Of a stretch of 64,000 nucleotides of DNA, positions 63,394-64,000 are shown one piece after another. Each line of letters starts with the position of its first letter. Positions within the stretch are counted from its first letter, which is position 1. Made by a program: the position numbers and the translations under genes. Source of the DNA: the human T2T-CHM13v2.0 reference genome, Homo sapiens. Location: assembly GCF_009914755.1 (NCBI RefSeq), contig NC_060933.1; one strand, written 5' to 3'. Under the pieces are notes generated by a model that saw only the letters and a program-made list of their open reading frames with translations, made no database searches and was not told the origin of the DNA.

Positions 63394-64000
63394 TTTCACC
63401 CCTGGCCCCTCCAAATCTCATGTCCTCACATTTCCAAACCAACCATGCCTTCCCAATAGTCACCCAAAGTCTTAACTCATTTCAGCATTAATCCAAAAGT
63501 CCACAGTCCAAATTCTCATCTGAGACAAGGGTAGTCCCTTCTGCCTATGAGCCTGTAAAATCAAAGCAAGCTAGTTACTTCCTAGATACAATGGTGGTAC
63601 CAGTATTGAGTAAATACAGCTGTTCCAAATGGGAGAAATTGGCCGAAGCAAAAGGGTTACAGGGCCCATGCAAGTCCAAAATCCAGCGAGGCAGTCAAAC
63701 TTTGAAGCTCCAAAATGATCTCCTGTGACTCCAGGTCTCATATCCAGGTTATGCTGATGCAGGAGGTGGGTTGCCATGGTCTTGGGCAGCTCCGTCCCTG
63801 TGGCTTTGCAGGGTACAGCCTCCCTCCAATCTGCTTTCACCGGCTGGTGTTGAGTGTCTGTGGCTTTTCCAGATGAATAGTGTAAGCTATTGGTAGATCT
63901 ACCACTCTGGGGTCTGAAGGACGATGGCCCTCTTCTCACAGCTCCACTAGGCAGTGCCTAGGGACTGTGTGTGGGGGCTCTAACCCCACATTTCTCTTCT
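63394..64000 (-). mobile_element. THE1 internal (MaLR-int) sequence, running off the window
   Basis: ccctggcccctccaaatctcatgtcctcacattt...caaagcaagctagttacttcctagatacaatgg, directly abutting the LTR. Confidence 0.88.

Overview
This is human (or very close primate) genomic DNA from the 9p21.3 INK4/ARF locus. The window opens in the tail of the CpG island of the ARF/ANRIL bidirectional promoter. It contains the whole CDKN2B (p15INK4b) gene on the minus strand (two coding exons, 138 aa, plus the p10 alternative-donor isoform) and a UBA52 processed pseudogene. Exons 2-8 of the lncRNA CDKN2B-AS1/ANRIL lie on the plus strand, each bounded by AG/GT sites. The rest is mostly interspersed repeats (Alu, L1PA, L1M, L2, MIR, MaLR/ERVL LTRs, MER1B, MER58, Tigger). 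The locus is well studied, and there is no CRISPR array or prokaryotic system. The observations most worth checking are: (1) a 76-bp near-perfect inverted duplication inside ANRIL exon 3, which predicts a long dsRNA hairpin in the spliced RNA; (2) a decayed C2H2 zinc-finger array in ANRIL intron 3; (3) an open 76-aa ubiquitin-variant reading frame in the UBA52 pseudogene, flanked by an acceptor-like site and an intact AATAAA in ANRIL sense; (4) an L1 with a 3' transduction nested inside a twin-primed L1; (5) a local duplication of the ANRIL exon 2 acceptor region; (6) a shadow of the ARF reading frame and a single uORF in CDKN2B. Gene, exon and repeat-subfamily names come from my recognition of the sequence, not from a database search. 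Edges of old repeats are approximate.
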